64,000 nt of DNA from Chara braunii (GCA_003427395.1 BFEA01000042.1:2604271-2668270); one strand, 5' to 3'. Shown: positions 1 to 12,574, numbered from the stretch's first letter. The notes: generated by a model from the letters alone, not told the origin. Translations and numbers: made by a program.

Positions 1-124
1 TCTCTCGGATATATATTTTTGCTTTTCACTCATTGATGTACGCATGTACAGCAAACATTGGCAACCATACAAGAGACTTCTAGGATTATTATGCATTTCT
101 AAACTCAACGTAAGAATAAAGACG

Positions 125-178
125 CACACACACACACACACACACCTGTCTCTTATACACATCTAGATGTGTATAAGA

Positions 179-259
<81 letters not shown>
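125..259. repeat. (CA)n microsatellite, interrupted by a sequencing adapter
   Basis: CA dinucleotide runs on both sides of 146-183. Confidence 0.95.
146..183. other. Nextera mate-pair junction adapter (head-to-head Tn5 mosaic ends); assembly contamination
   Basis: Exact CTGTCTCTTATACACATCT + AGATGTGTATAAGAGACAG. Confidence 0.97.
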
Positions 260-261
<2 letters not shown>

Positions 262-1074
262 GGCTCGTTAGGCACTCCTTAGAGCATCATTTTTGGAAGG
301 AAATTCCCGCCGTCGTTCCACCTATCCTCAGGGTAGTCTCCCGAGAACGATTCCTTTTGGCCCCCTGCAGCCCACTTCATAATATTATAGTTGGCTGCCC
401 CAAGGTTGCATGCCTTGGTCCATTGGGTGATGTCCATCTCACGATGGTGTGGTCCCGCTGCTGAAGGCGGGAAAATTTGAAAGGCGTCGGCGATGGGGAA
501 AAAAAAAACCAGAAAAACCAATGGTCCTCCCAGTTCAAAATTCCAATTTCGAATCGGGTGCTGGACGTGACGACGGCAACATGGGACATGTGGCGTCAGT
601 ACTGGCGAAAGGTGGAAATGGGTATTTGCAGCGACGCAGTGGAGTCGAGCACAGATGGGGAACATCGTGAGGGACTCCGCGCTGAGGTTATCGTGGTTGT
701 CCTCCCGTTCGTAGGCTTTTGTAATCGGGTGTTGAGTACCTTTGCAACACGCATGGCGATTGAGTTCGGCGGTGATGACGAACGTGCAAAGTTGACGACG
801 ATCGAGAAGACGACCGTTGTGGCGGCCGTGACAGTCATGCTCTTTCGTTATCATCAGAGGGCATTGGGCAGAATGAGAGTGCAAATCCGTGCGCAGAGGA
901 GGAAGACGGCGCATGAAGTCCCTGTCGAAGGGCGACATACTGTGGCCATCACCGAGGTTGTACTCCAGGTTTGTTGCGCGATGGAGTATTCTTCCACGAG
1001 CGACGCCAAGGTGGTGGACAGAAGGTTGCGGTGTTCTTCCACGAACGACGCCAAGGTGGTGGACAGAAGAGCGA

Positions 1075-1887
1075 TACTCTTGGCTATCTGGCAGAGAAGA
1101 AACACCTATGAATGGGAGGGTGTCAGACTAGATGGCCCATAATTCACCGACAACATAAAACAGCAAATTCAAGAACTCATATGCAAGATCAATGGATCAA
1201 TCTTAAAGAAAAAAATCAGTTTAACTCATCCAAAACAGAAATCATTGAAATATTCCAAAAATTCAGCAGTAACCGGAGGGGGGGGGGAGGTGGAAGAATA
1301 GGAAGAGTGGAATGGGAGGGAGCTGAGGTCGAGGAGGAACAGGACCTTACCAGAAGCTACAAATTAAAGCTCAATTACCGGACCATGGTGGACCCAACAA
1401 TACCTCTCCGCCCAGTTCAAGAGTCTCTTTGTCTTTCCCTTTACCCCATAATGCAATGGTGTCACTGTCATGGTATGGAAGGGATACCCTTGAAGAGGAA
1501 AGGGTAATGGATAATTAATCACCCAGGTCATCATTCTCAGTAAATTGTTGTAAGGGCTAGTTAGGAAATGTCACTACTGGCGCCCCAAGATGGGTGAAGA
1601 GGCATAAATTCAGCAAGGGAGAAAATGTCCAAAAGGGCCAAGTAAACACTTGGCGCCTTTAGTAGGATGATGAGGTATCTTCAACAGTCGACATTGCAGT
1701 CACAGATAGTCTACTGGCAACACTATCAGATACTGCTCTTACTCAAAAATTTCAAGATTCTGAATGTGAAGGACGTTGGACCCGTTTTCCAACAGGTGTT
1801 GCTCCCCACCAATAGATGGAGCTTTCCAGGGAATGCTGGGGTAGCCTGCTCTTATCAGCTCCCCTAGCATCAACCCAGGGTGTTTCT
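1075..1887 (+). mobile_element. Degenerate LINE 3' fragment (ORF2 C-terminus and 3' UTR)
   Basis: Translates to LLAIWQRRNTYEWEGVRLDGP...GGRIGRVEWEG...IPLRP, homologous to the LINE at 6940-7360; ends in the shared tail motif at 1765-1887 next to an N gap. Confidence 0.75.
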
Positions 1888-2638
1888 NNNNNNNNNNNNN
1901 NNNNNNNNNNNNNNNNNNNNNNNNNNNNNNNNNNNNNNNNNNNNNNNNNNNNNNNNNNNAAAAAGTCTGACAGAGTTATCCTCGAAACAACTTTCTAGTA
2001 CCCCATGCAGACAGAATAAAAGCAATAGCAGCATCACATATGTACATAATTATACCAAATTATGAAATCGTTCCTTTTCAAGTCCACAAATAGAGAGCTC
2101 TTGAAAAACCAGCATCAAAAAAACTACGCAAGTGATTCTCACTAACTGTGCCCTTAACTACCTGTAACTTTCCCCGCATGAAAATCAAATACGTGCCGTT
2201 ATATTCGGAAGCTAAGCGGGGTTTGGTAGTACCGAACAGAAATGAGTGGTGGGGAAAGCCAAAATGAGGTCCGCGACTCGTCAATTTTTTTGGCCCGCAG
2301 GGCGATTTTAGGCCCGACATCGATAGCTGAGAAAGGTACTGGTGGTTTAATTCCTCAAATCACCCAACAGAAGATCTCGGGGGCCAGGCGAGCAATTCGG
2401 GGAGAAAATATTATTCAAATTGATCCATTGCGGTTGAAGGGCTTGTCCTTCGGTAAGGTTGTTTATGATCCCCACCCCCCCCCTCGCATTGGGTTCTGTC
2501 AGCGAGTCCCACACCACTTGGTTAAGGAAAGTTGAGAGTCTTTGGAGTCTCGCTGTCCCCTCGCCATTCTTGAGATGGACTGCATTCTGGACCACTGAGT
2601 CTGACTACGAGAACAACGGTATGAAACGTGGAATCCAT

Positions 2639-3315
2639 GTGTGAAGACCTTGATTGGGGCTCGAATACTGGTTTGGTCCTCTGGGGGTGTCGGCCCTGGT
2701 TCTTGGTTTTTGGTGCCGACGGTAGGCTGGCCTCGTTTTTGGTCGACTGTTTGAGCTCAGACAGTGTCGAGCAGCATGACTTATTTTGGTAGCGTCTTTT
2801 GATTGGCTACTTGTTTTTTACCACCGTTTTCGAATCTGGACGAGTTTGTAGGTCAGATCCGGTATCTTTCCTTTGACGCTGTAGGACCTTTTGGACGTGG
2901 ACTTGCCGTAGGAGCTTCTTCTACAGATTCTCGTAGCCTCTGCTTGTTTCTCTTGACCTATTGATATGCAGGTTACGAATAATCGTTGCACTTGTGACGA
3001 TGACCTAAAGACCCCTGAGGAGGGCTGGTTGGAGGGCCAACAGATACTAGTCGGGTCCACGCCGCTGTTCTATACTATTATATTTTCCGATAATTCGTCA
3101 CGTCCGGGTTATTTTTGTATCTGCGCACTTCTCTTCTCTCTTCTCTTCTCGTCTTCTTCTTCTTCTTCTTGTTCTTCTCCTCCTTCTTCTTCTTCCTTCC
3201 AGTGCTTGCTTCTTTGCTTTGTCTATCATGTTTGGCAAAGTTTGCAGTTCGTCGGGGTTGTCTCCTTTGATGCTTATTGTTACTGAAGTTAGCAATTCGA
3301 CTTCGGTATACTTCA
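2639..3315 (+). repeat. PLE pseudo-LTR, 5' copy
   Basis: Near-identical to 9557-10297, from GTGTGAAG(A/G)CCTTGATTGGG to GACTTCGGT(A/C)TACTTC. Confidence 0.9.
3010..3057 (+). ncRNA. Minimal type I hammerhead ribozyme, mutated copy
   Basis: GACCC-CTGAGGA-stem II-GATA-CTAG-TC-GGGTC; the GAAA core is changed to GATA and stem II is mismatched relative to 9928-9975. Confidence 0.7.
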
Positions 3316-3411
3316 ACTACTTCATTTCGCGAAGTAACCGCCGTAGAGATAGTACTACGTGACCGTGTGGCTTCGACTTTGGGTTATTTGGCTTCCATCA
3401 TTGTTGCCCCC

Positions 3412-4583
3412 GATGGTTTCTAATATATCTTCCTCGTCTATCGTATGTACATGTTATAACTGTGGGGATCCGGGGCATTTTGTCCGGTGGTGTCCTCATC
3501 CCAAACCGTCCAACCCTCAGTCTGCTCTCGTTCCATCTAATGGCCCTCTTCTTACTCTTCCGTCTAATGTTAATTCGGGTGGGTCCTATTCTGCTAATAA
3601 CTCTTTTGGTCAGTTTGGCCGTGGTGTAGGCTGGAGTCAGTCGAAGCAGAGATTGGATATGTTGGAGCACACTGTTGTCGAGATGAAGATTCAGTACGAC
3701 TCTGAGGTCGAAAGGGAAAAGAATCAGAAGGAGGAGGAAGATAAGAAGAAGAAGGAGAAGGACGAGGAATATCGTCGCGCGTTGGAGAAGAAAGATCGAG
3801 GGGAATTTCGTAGGCAGCTAACGGAGCCGAGCAATAGAGGATGAGGGTGCAATTGGAGGATGCTCTGGCGGCTAAGCGTCGTCTGGAGAATGTCGAGACT
3901 CGAGAAGGAAATGAGGGAGGTGATTAGAGCGAGTGATGAGGCTCGTGATGATGCTGAGAAGTGGCAGGAGGAGGCCTTGCGCCCCGATAAGTAGGGCTGC
4001 ATTTCTTTGACTACTCCGACAGCCAAAACGATTTTTCGCCCTCCTAGGTCATCTCCGCTGAGGTCACCTGCAGCCTCCGTCGATCTTAGAAGGGTTGCGA
4101 AAATGCAACGTATGGAGGTTGAGGCTATACAAGACATGCGTACTCGGGAGTTCAATGCACGTAGACAAGCGGAACAAGAGATGGATAAAGCTAAGGAGAA
4201 GATTGCACAATTGGAGAAGGAACGTCGAGATAAGGTATCCCAGACTCCACGTTCGAACTTGCATGTTCGGATGGAAGAAGCAGTTGGTACCAAAGGGAAG
4301 GAGAAGATGGCCTTCGACAGGCAGGGTTCTCTTGAGCTTGAGAGAAAGGCCAATTTTATCAAGGATGCTAGGAAAAATTTGAGAGGATTGACTAAGGATG
4401 CTCTGACCGTGATTTGCGAAAAAAGAAGGGGTGAAGTACGCTGGCGTTAAGCAAACTGTCGAGGATATTATCGCACATCGGGTAAATGAGGTGTTTCCTT
4501 CCAATGATGATGTGGTGGAAGTGTCCGAGGATCTTGCTAACGGTAATGGTAAGGAAGCTGGGGGAGACTCTGCCGTTTCCTAG
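3412..4583 (+). pseudogene. PLE ORF1: gag-like CCHC zinc knuckle plus long charged coiled coil, with stops and a frameshift
   Basis: CYNCGDPGHFVRWC near the N-terminus; E/K/R-rich helices across ORFs 3359-3844 and 4007-4450, which are in the same frame. Confidence 0.7.
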
Positions 4584-4799
4584 GGTGTCTCCCGGATGTG
4601 ACGTGTTTTTGAGGGGGGGGTTTCTCGATGTTTTCAGCTTCGCTCAAGTTCGCCCTCTTTTCTTCGTTGTCGAATTCTCAATTCGTTTCTTTCCATCATC
4701 GTCATTGGCCTCATTCTCGGTGGCGTGATTCCTTGGGCCAGCAAATTCGTTGGACATATTTCTTATTGTTGGCGATCTCGTCGTGAAAACCGGGATAAG

Positions 4800-6245
4800 G
4801 GGCCTCTTGTTTATCTATTGGTCTCACCCTAGTATAAACACTGTTATGTTGGATGCACCTATGTTGCATAGAGTACACGTACGGGAGATTCCCGTACAAA
4901 ACATAAAGGTTATTTCTGTACGGGATCTGTACGGGAACCTGTACGTCTTGTACGCCCCCGTACGGAAAAAAAAAAAAAAAAAAGTCATCCAAAAAAACCG
5001 AAAAAAAACTATGTGATGCAACAACACAAAACAAGCAACATTTGGCTGAGCATCATCTTCAGATTCTGATTAGAATTTTAGAAAACAAATAAAAACAATA
5101 CCAGATTAAAAAAAAAAAAAACTCGTACGGGGCCCCTAGCGTACGAGTACAAGAGTACGAGTCCGTACTCGTACGAGGGTGCGTACAAGTGGCAACGTAG
5201 AGATGCACTAGTAGAGACTTGCATTCAAGGTGTGGAGAGCATGTGTACCGGGCTCAGAGTGATTTTCTTATTGGGAATAGTCTTCGCAACGAAAGGCTAT
5301 ATTAACCTATATGGGTGGTTTCGACGATGTGGCGTGGAAAGTTACGTCGCTATTCCACTGTGTTATTGTTCGTCTGAGGATGTGGCTGTGGTTGAAAAAT
5401 TCTTTATTCAGACTTATTCTCCGGCTTTGAACTCTAGGGACCGTCCTCGTCGATGTCGTAGGCAGTGGATTGGGAAGAGGGAGACGCGCAAACTGCGAGA
5501 TCGGATTTCGTCCTCACATTCTCTTCGGTTGAACTCTCGTGTTGCTGCTAGGAATCCATTGACTTTCTGCTCATTTGTGGGGTTCTCTTCGTTCAACTTG
5601 GTTCGCATTCTGAAATTTTGCGTTGATTCTCACATCGACAGGGTAACGGTTGTTTGTAGGGGAGGTGCGCTTTTGTCTGACCACTGGAAAGTCCTAAAAC
5701 GCTCTTTTGGATCTTCGGTTGTTTGTTGTGAGTTCGGGTGCGATTTGCTTCGTGCTTCGAAGGACTGGTTGGTCAACGGTGTTGTGTTATCATTCTCTTC
5801 TATTGTACCTTTTTGTGGCAAATTCCTTGCATTCAAGCCATCTTTGACTTATTTTCTTAGTGATCCTTCTAGTAGGCGCTCGTTGGTGATGTGGGATCTT
5901 CCTTCTCTCATTTCGACGTTTTCTGTTGTCCGAAGCTTCTCCGAGAAACGGTCTCGTTTTCGACTTCGTGTGATTCTTTCGAAGCATATCTCTTCTCATT
6001 TTGGACTACGATAACCGGTGAGGAAAAGGCTGGTCGCTCGTGTCACTTATGATGATGCATTTTGCAAGGCAGAATTCGGCGCCTGTGTGCGCTCGTTATT
6101 TGCAATCTGGATATTGATGATGCATGGAAGTCTCTCTTGGTTCGGCGTATGCGGATCGTTTGGAAGAGGAACCGTTCGATTGGGGATGTCATCTATAACT
6201 TTAGAAAAATTTCTAAACTGCCTTCTTTGGAGTGTGCTTGCTCGG
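4800..6245 (+). pseudogene. PLE ORF2 N-terminal part: GIY-YIG endonuclease and linker
   Basis: Removing the MITE at 4859-5200 gives PLVYLLVSP*YKHCYVGCTSRDLHSRCGEH; downstream LYGWFRRCG...VEKFFIQTYSPALN supplies the conserved E and N. Confidence 0.8.
4859..5200. mobile_element. hAT-like MITE inserted in the GIY-YIG motif
   Basis: TIR CTATGTTGC / GCAACGTAG; 8-bp TSD GGATGCAC (4851-4858) / AGATGCAC (5201-5208); internal GTACG repeats. Confidence 0.85.
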
Positions 6246-7364
6246 CAACACAGACGAAAAAACGTCACTACATCCAAGGGCAGAACTTTTCCGTATCAGG
6301 GTGCTCCAAGAAGATCAGCAATGGATAGCCTCCGGTCATCCACCTTGATCCAGCAACTACCCTTGGATCCATCGGAGTGGTCATTGACAACCCAAAGATG
6401 GAAAGGTAAGAATAGCACTAAAACACTCTACGGATTAACAGTGAAATCAACATACAGATTACTCAGACCAACAATCAACCTAGCCGACCAAGTGAAAGAG
6501 CGATGGAAAACTCACCTAAACATCAGACAAGAGGAGTAACTGTTACGACCAGTAAAATGGTTTCGGTTGGCAAAAGAAAAACCTGCTGGGATTGCGTTGT
6601 TCCAATGGCAGATAGAGCATCGCTGCCTGCCAACCAATGACTGGTTAATAGATAGAACAATGTTGGAGCGAAGGGGGCTGGCCCTCCCCTGGTGCAAACT
6701 ATGTATAAACGCCTTCCCGGCTCGAAAACACCCAGAAACAATAGAGCATATATTTCTACAATGCCCAGGAGCACTATGGCTGTGGAGATGGTGGGACAGA
6801 ATCTGGAACCAGCTAAACACAGACACACCCTGGCCCTGGGATTGGAAGGCGTTGCTCTGTGAAACCTGGCCCAGGGGACTGATGGAACACCTTGAGGAGT
6901 TTACTACCAATATGCTCAAACTGGGACGAAGAGCGGTCCTTTGGGCACTTTGGAGACGGCGCTGCACCTATGCAATGGAAGGGGTGAGACTAGAAGGCCC
7001 TGACTTTACCGAGAGTGTGATACAGCAGATTCAAACTGAAATAATAGCCAAATGGGATGTGGTCAAAACTAACATTCAAGTACTGGAAACGCCAAAAGAC
7101 GTCAAACAAAAAATACAGGAATTCTGTTCAAGCTGGCTGGGAGGGCCCGATGGAGGAAGAATTGGGAGAGTGGAATGGAAAGGAGAGCCAAAAGAGACAG
7201 GTGAGGGTCAACAGGGAGCAGCAATAGAAAGGGACTACCGCCTGATTTTCAATGACTGGGCCAAAGCAGATGCAGTGATCCCTCTCAGACCCCCCGATGA
7301 ATTCCCCGACCCCTTCCCCTCCCCTTCCAACTGCCTAGTAGGGATGCAGTGGTACGGCAGGTAG
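6246..7364 (+). pseudogene. LINE ORF2 C-terminus with zf-RVT-like zinc-binding motif
   Basis: LTVKSTY...LPTNDWL...CKLC...PETIEHIFLQCP...LWALWRRRC in ORFs 6018-6539 and 6567-7364; one internal stop. Confidence 0.8.
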
Positions 7365-7701
7365 AGGGGCAATGAGAAAACAAGGCCAGGTAGAGTGCCT
7401 CAGTCCACTCTAGCATAGCACTTTGATCCGACAGCTATACAGCTGAGAGGGGCCGGACTGCGGTCAAGAAGACCAGGGCTAATTTAGGCAGGGGTGAGGG
7501 GAGGTACATCCTTCCGTAAGGAAGTAATCAATGCCGCCCACTCGGACCTCCCAGCCATAATGGGGAGCGTGAGTGGGTTTCCAATGTACTTCGTAATGAC
7601 TTGCCGGGGGAATAGGAACCGGACTGTCGCTCCCCAGAATGGCAGGAGCCAGAGCCGCGAGGTTCTGATTTTTCCCAAAAAAAAAAAAAAGAAAAAAAAA
7701 A
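6246..7701 (+). mobile_element. 5'-truncated LINE inserted in the PLE
   Basis: 17-bp TSD GGAGTGT(G/A)CTTGCTCGG at 6229-6245 and 7702-7718; poly(A) tail at 7677-7701. Confidence 0.9.
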
Positions 7702-7718
7702 GGAGTGTACTTGCTCGG

Positions 7719-9373
7719 GGAGTGATGCTTCGTTGAATAGGGTGAATGGTCACGTCTCTTTCCGACTGAGTTTGGATGCTTCGTTTCCTAGCTGGATGCG
7801 TAATTCCAAGAACATTTTGCATCCGTGTTCTGATAATCCCTCCCGTGACTTTAAGAAGCAAATCTGCTCAATCTTCCTATCTTTTCCGGAGCTTAATCCC
7901 GTTTCTGCCTTGGCTTGCTTCACCCCTTCGTTGATTGATCGCTGTCTTACTTCTGTTCCACCGTGGGATGATTCGGTCTGTTCCGTACCTGCGCTGACTA
8001 AGCACCGTTCGAGGTTTGATGGTTTGGTATGCTGCCCCATCGACCATAATCCTGGGGACACTTTGGTGTGCTGTCCAGTGGTGTACGAATTAGGATTGAA
8101 GAGGCTGTTTACTGAGAATGATCCCTCCTTTCTTCGGGAACCACAGTGTGAGGAGGAGGTGCTTCGTGAGTGTCGATCTTCTTATTTTTTTGAAGGTCTT
8201 GATAAGATTTGTAGATGGAACAAGGATGGCAGTTTCGGTAACGCCTTTTGCCTACCCAAGCACAAGGATGTTGAGAGATGGCATCCCATTTGCCCCTCCT
8301 TTTCTGAATGTGATGCATTGGGTGGCAAGCGAATTACATAATATGCTATCAATGAATTGTTGTGGAGACTCTCTGACTCTCTTCATTTTAATCTTCGGAG
8401 CACTTTCGATTTGATGAGTGGATTGTCGTCTCTCAGCAGTAGTGTTAGGTCTAATGACCGACTGCTGGGTGCTTCTTTTGATGTCAAGGAGATGTTCTCC
8501 AACTTGCCACATCATTCTATTTTGGTTGCGCTTCGGTGGGTAGTGGACTACTGGGTCGCGGAGGGCTTCAAGGGTGTTGTAGTAAGGAAACATGGGAAGA
8601 AGGCCCGGTTGACTAAAGGGCGTGCGGAAGATGGGTGGGTTTTGATTAAGTTCGTCACTATTTTTCGTTTCGTCTGTTTTGATTTGAAGAACACCTTTAT
8701 TCATTGCTCCAAGGTTCTGCTGAGGCAAATTCTGGGCATTCCTATGGGGAAGTCCACCAGTCCTGCTTTGGCATGTCTTTTGGGTGCTTACAACGAGTTC
8801 AGCTTCTTATCTTCTCTTGGTGTTGACCGCAGGCTGGTTGCGGGCTTTCGGGTGGTAGATGATGTCTCCTTTTTCGTTCGCTTTTCTGAACCGTCTCACT
8901 CTTCCTTTCTTAAGGTGCAGATGCTGGTTGAGTGGTTTCGCGGGTGTTATGATTCTAATTTGACTCTTGAGCAGACCAATGAGGGACCCGACTGGGATTT
9001 TATCGGTTGTGCCGTCAAGGTTTTCGATGATCCCTGTCGTGTTTGCTGCGTGGCTACACATAGGAACCAACGTGTGATTTCTGAAAGTGGTTTGGTCTTT
9101 CACAGTCTTCAAGACTTTGTTTCTTTCTCTAGTCGGCAGCAAAAATTGGCTGTTATTCTTTCTTTTTTCCATTGTCTGAGGGCCTCTACCAATGTTCCGG
9201 GTTTGGAGGTGGCTTTCCCACTTACGTTGAAGCACGAGTTGTGGCTGAGGGGGTATCCTGATTACTACTTCGACTTTGCTCTTGAAAGGTTTTCTCGAAA
9301 GTTTTCCGGTTGTTGGGATCATTGGTTAGGCATTCTTACGAAGTGGAATCGTCTTCTACCTTCGCATCGATAA
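7719..9373 (+). pseudogene. PLE ORF2 reverse transcriptase domain
   Basis: PIDHN, LPKHKDVERWHPIC, FDVKEMFSNL, QILGIPMGKSTSP, RVVDD, WDFIG; one stop at 8339-8341; no endonuclease after the RT. Confidence 0.88.
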
Positions 9374-9556
9374 GTTGCAGGTGCTTTTGCCTTTTTAGGT
9401 ATCATGATGGGCCCGCTGGTAGGGCTGTTCTGTTAGTCTTCTTTCTTTTTTTCAGTTTTTTCTTTCAGTTTTGTCTTTTTCTTTGCTTTTCTTTGTTTTG
9501 GCCTCGATCACCTGTTCTGGGCTCGTTTGTTTGAGAATGTTAGCGGACCTTTGGCT

Positions 9557-10132
9557 GTGTGAAGGCCTTGATTGGGACTTGAATACTGGTTTGGCCCCCT
9601 GGGGGTGTCGGCCCTGGTGCTTGGTTTTTGGTGCCGACGGTAGGCTGGCCTCGTTTTTGGTCGACTGTTTGAGCTCAGACAGTGCCGAGCAGCGTGGCTT
9701 ATTTTGGTAGTGTCTTTTAATTGGCTGCTTGTTTTTTACCGCCGTTTTCGAATCTGGACGAGTTTGTATGTCGGATCCGGTATCTTTCCTTTGACGTTGT
9801 AGGACCTTTTGGACGTGGACTTGTCGTAGGAGCTTCTTCTACAGATTCTCGTAGCCTCTGTTTGTTTCTCTTGACCTATTAATAAGCAGGTTACGAATAA
9901 TCGTTGCACTTGCAACGATGACCTAAAGACCCCTGAGGAGGGCTGGTTGGCGGGCCAGCCGAAACTAGTCGGGTCCACGCCGCTGTTCTATACTGTTATA
10001 TTTTTCGATAATTCGTCACGTCCGGGTTATTTTTGTATCTGCATACTTCTCTTCTCTCTTCTCTTCTCGTCTTCTTCTTCTTCTTCCTCTTCTCCTCCTC
10101 CTCCTCCTCCTCCTCCTCCTCCTCCTTATTCT

Positions 10133-10164
<32 letters not shown>

Positions 10165-10297
10165 TTCTTCTTCTTCTTCTTCTTCTTCCTTCCTTTGGTT
10201 GCTTCTTTGCTTTGTCTATCCTGTTTGCAGTTCGTCGGGGTTGTCTCCTTTGATGCTTATTGTTACTGAAGTTAGCAATTCGACTTCGGTCTACTTC
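9557..10297 (+). repeat. PLE pseudo-LTR, 3' copy, with expanded (TCC)n/(TTC)n tract
   Basis: Direct repeat of 2639-3315. Confidence 0.9.
9928..9975 (+). ncRNA. Minimal type I hammerhead ribozyme with intact core
   Basis: Stem I GACCC/GGGTC; CTGAGGA core; stem II GGCTGG/CCAGCC; GAAA; palindromic stem III ACTAGT; GTC cleavage triplet. Confidence 0.85.
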
Positions 10298-11048
10298 TGC
10301 TACCTGGACAGACATGCATACAGAGGTCCTTATGCAATTCCCAGTTGCAATGAATATCAGATGCTGGGAGTGAGCATCACCCACTAGTGGAGAATGAGAT
10401 GCTATACTGAGTACTTGGATGACATGCCATCACAAGCTAAACCCTGAGCCCCACTTACTAGCAGGTTATGGCATGCTTTAGGCCTCAGTCGGTGTGGTTC
10501 AGTCCTTGGTCCAGTCAATGGGCTGGGCCAGGTATGATCCGAGGTTCAAGATGCCGATAAGTCGCACTGGCCAGCCTGGACAGGAAAACTCCATGATGGA
10601 GGGTCACCTTCATATGATAAATTTTCATCTCATACATGGGAGAGTAGAAAAATGTGGCAGCTGTTCAGAGCTTCAGTATGAAAGCTCGTGTCATCTGCCA
10701 TGGATGATATCTGATTCATCTCTTCATCATGAGATGCCCACTGCAGGTGTACACTAGGCCATTGTTCTCCAATTGAGGAAACGGGACCTTTGAGTTGAAG
10801 GAGCAGGCTTGCTTGTGAGGATGGACCACAGGTTGAATCACTGACAGGGCACTACAGGCCTCCAACAGCTCCATTTGAAGTTTCTTTCTTTCTTTTGCTC
10901 TTTTTCTCCAGCTGAGGGCCTGCCAACTTATCTTGCTGCAGGCTTTCTGGTGCTGTTCTGTGATGGTGCTTTCAGGGTAGGGCTAGTCATTGCACATAAA
11001 TGCCTACTTTGCACTTATTAGCATAAGTAAAAGAAAGAGGCAGCACAG

Positions 11049-11138
<90 letters not shown>

Positions 11139-11348
11139 NNNNNNNNNNNNNNNNNNNNNNNNNNNNNNNNNNNNNNNNNNNNNNNNNNNNNNNNNNNNNN
11201 NNNNNNNNNNNNNNNNNNNNNNNNNNNNNNNNNNNNNNNNNNNNNNNNNNNNNNNNNNNNNNNNNNNNNNNNNNNNNNNNNNNNNNNNNNNNNNNNNNNN
11301 NNNNNNNNNNNNNNNNNNNNNNNNNNNNNNNNNNNNNNNNNNNNNNNN

Positions 11349-11810
11349 AAAACAAAACCAAAAGGAGCCCCACTTACTACCCCTATTCTCCCTCTCTGTC
11401 CATTGGTCCCTGCTATCTGCAGTCCAAAATAAAGGGGGTTGCAGATACCTAGGATTGAGCGTCAGCCAGGAAGCTGCAGGGAAAAGATTAGATATAAAAA
11501 GTTGGCTGACAGCATCCCCCATGGGGCTTGGCCAGCCGGAAGTAGGAACTCTACAATTGGCAAGGGAGACATCTGCAGCCCCGTGGAAAAAAGACGATGC
11601 TCCGGACCAGGAGGAGGAACTCCGATAGCCACACCGGACAATCATTGTGCTGGAAAGCTGTTACAGTATCCAAGGGATGCTGGACCTATTTTCCAGGAGG
11701 TGCTGCTCCCCACCAATAGATGGAGCCTTCCCGGCAGTGATAGAGGTGTCTGCTCATATCAGCACTCCTAGCATCTGCTCCGGTTGTTTTAATTAAAAAA
11801 AAGAAAGAAA
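11349..11810 (+). mobile_element. LINE 3' UTR fragment with shared tail motif
   Basis: AGGGATGCTGGACCTATTTTCCAGGAGGTGCTGCTCCCCACCAATAGATGGAGC at 11673, followed by an A-rich tail. Confidence 0.6.
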
Positions 11811-12574
11811 GTCCAGGAGTGAGATCCCACAAGCAAAGAGAATGGGATTCCATGCCCGAATCTGGACTTGCTCGTTGGACAGGTGCAGAAAATTGTGATT
11901 GATCTGCTTTCTACATCTCTGCCAAAAACACAATGACATTGTCATCCAGATTCATCTGCTTCATCCAATCTACTTTGCTGGTGGGACTTAGCCCCAGGTG
12001 AGAAGGACCTGACCAAAAAAAAAAAAAAAAAAAAAGAACCCTGAAAATAATTATCAGATTCTGCAACAATCATGCATGCATTCTATGCAGGACAACAGGG
12101 GCAAGGTCCCACTAGCCAAGAGGGTTGGATTGAACGCCTGAATCTGAACCTGTTTGTGGAGAGGTACAGAAAATGGCTATTGATCTGCTATAATCCTGCA
12201 CCTCTGCATCCCACACTTCCAGATTCAGGAGTTTCCCATATATCGGCCGCGGGCAGAAAATAAGGCCCCAAACGGAAAACAGGCCGCGGATGAAATTTAT
12301 CAACAGTGGGCCAGATCCCGCTTGCGTTCCACGCACCACAGCGCAGCATTGATTTTCAAGCGGGGAAAGGTGCTGGTGGCCTAATCCAATCCTCATATCA
12401 AGTCAGACCTGGCCCCTGGTGTAAAAGGTGTAGCCTGAATAGTGGGTGTTTCTCAGGTTTTGGATACCAAGAGGCTGAATCAGATCCGACTACTCTTCTT
12501 TTTGGCAGAAGTGGCATTTTCTGGGATCCCTCTTCTTCCCGCTTTGTCAGGACTCCCCGTCGGTCTTGGAGGGG

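Larger units (their letters stand above)
2639..10297 (+). mobile_element. Penelope-like retroelement (PLE) with N-terminal GIY-YIG, Naiad/Chlamys-type domain order, decayed
   Basis: Direct terminal repeats 2639-3315 and 9557-10297 containing hammerhead motifs; ORF1 with zinc knuckle; GIY-YIG upstream of a PLE-type RT. Confidence 0.85.

Noticed and set aside
279-1142. Overlapping ORFs of about 220 aa as host genes
   Set aside because: No recognisable domain; contains a 45-bp duplication and runs into a LINE remnant.
2639-10297. LTR retrotransposon or DIRS interpretation of the direct repeats
   Set aside because: No protease, RNase H, integrase or tyrosine recombinase; RT motifs, GIY-YIG and hammerheads fit a PLE.
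9947-11645. Poly-S/P/R/K/F ORFs
   Set aside because: Translations of microsatellites, poly(A) and N gaps.
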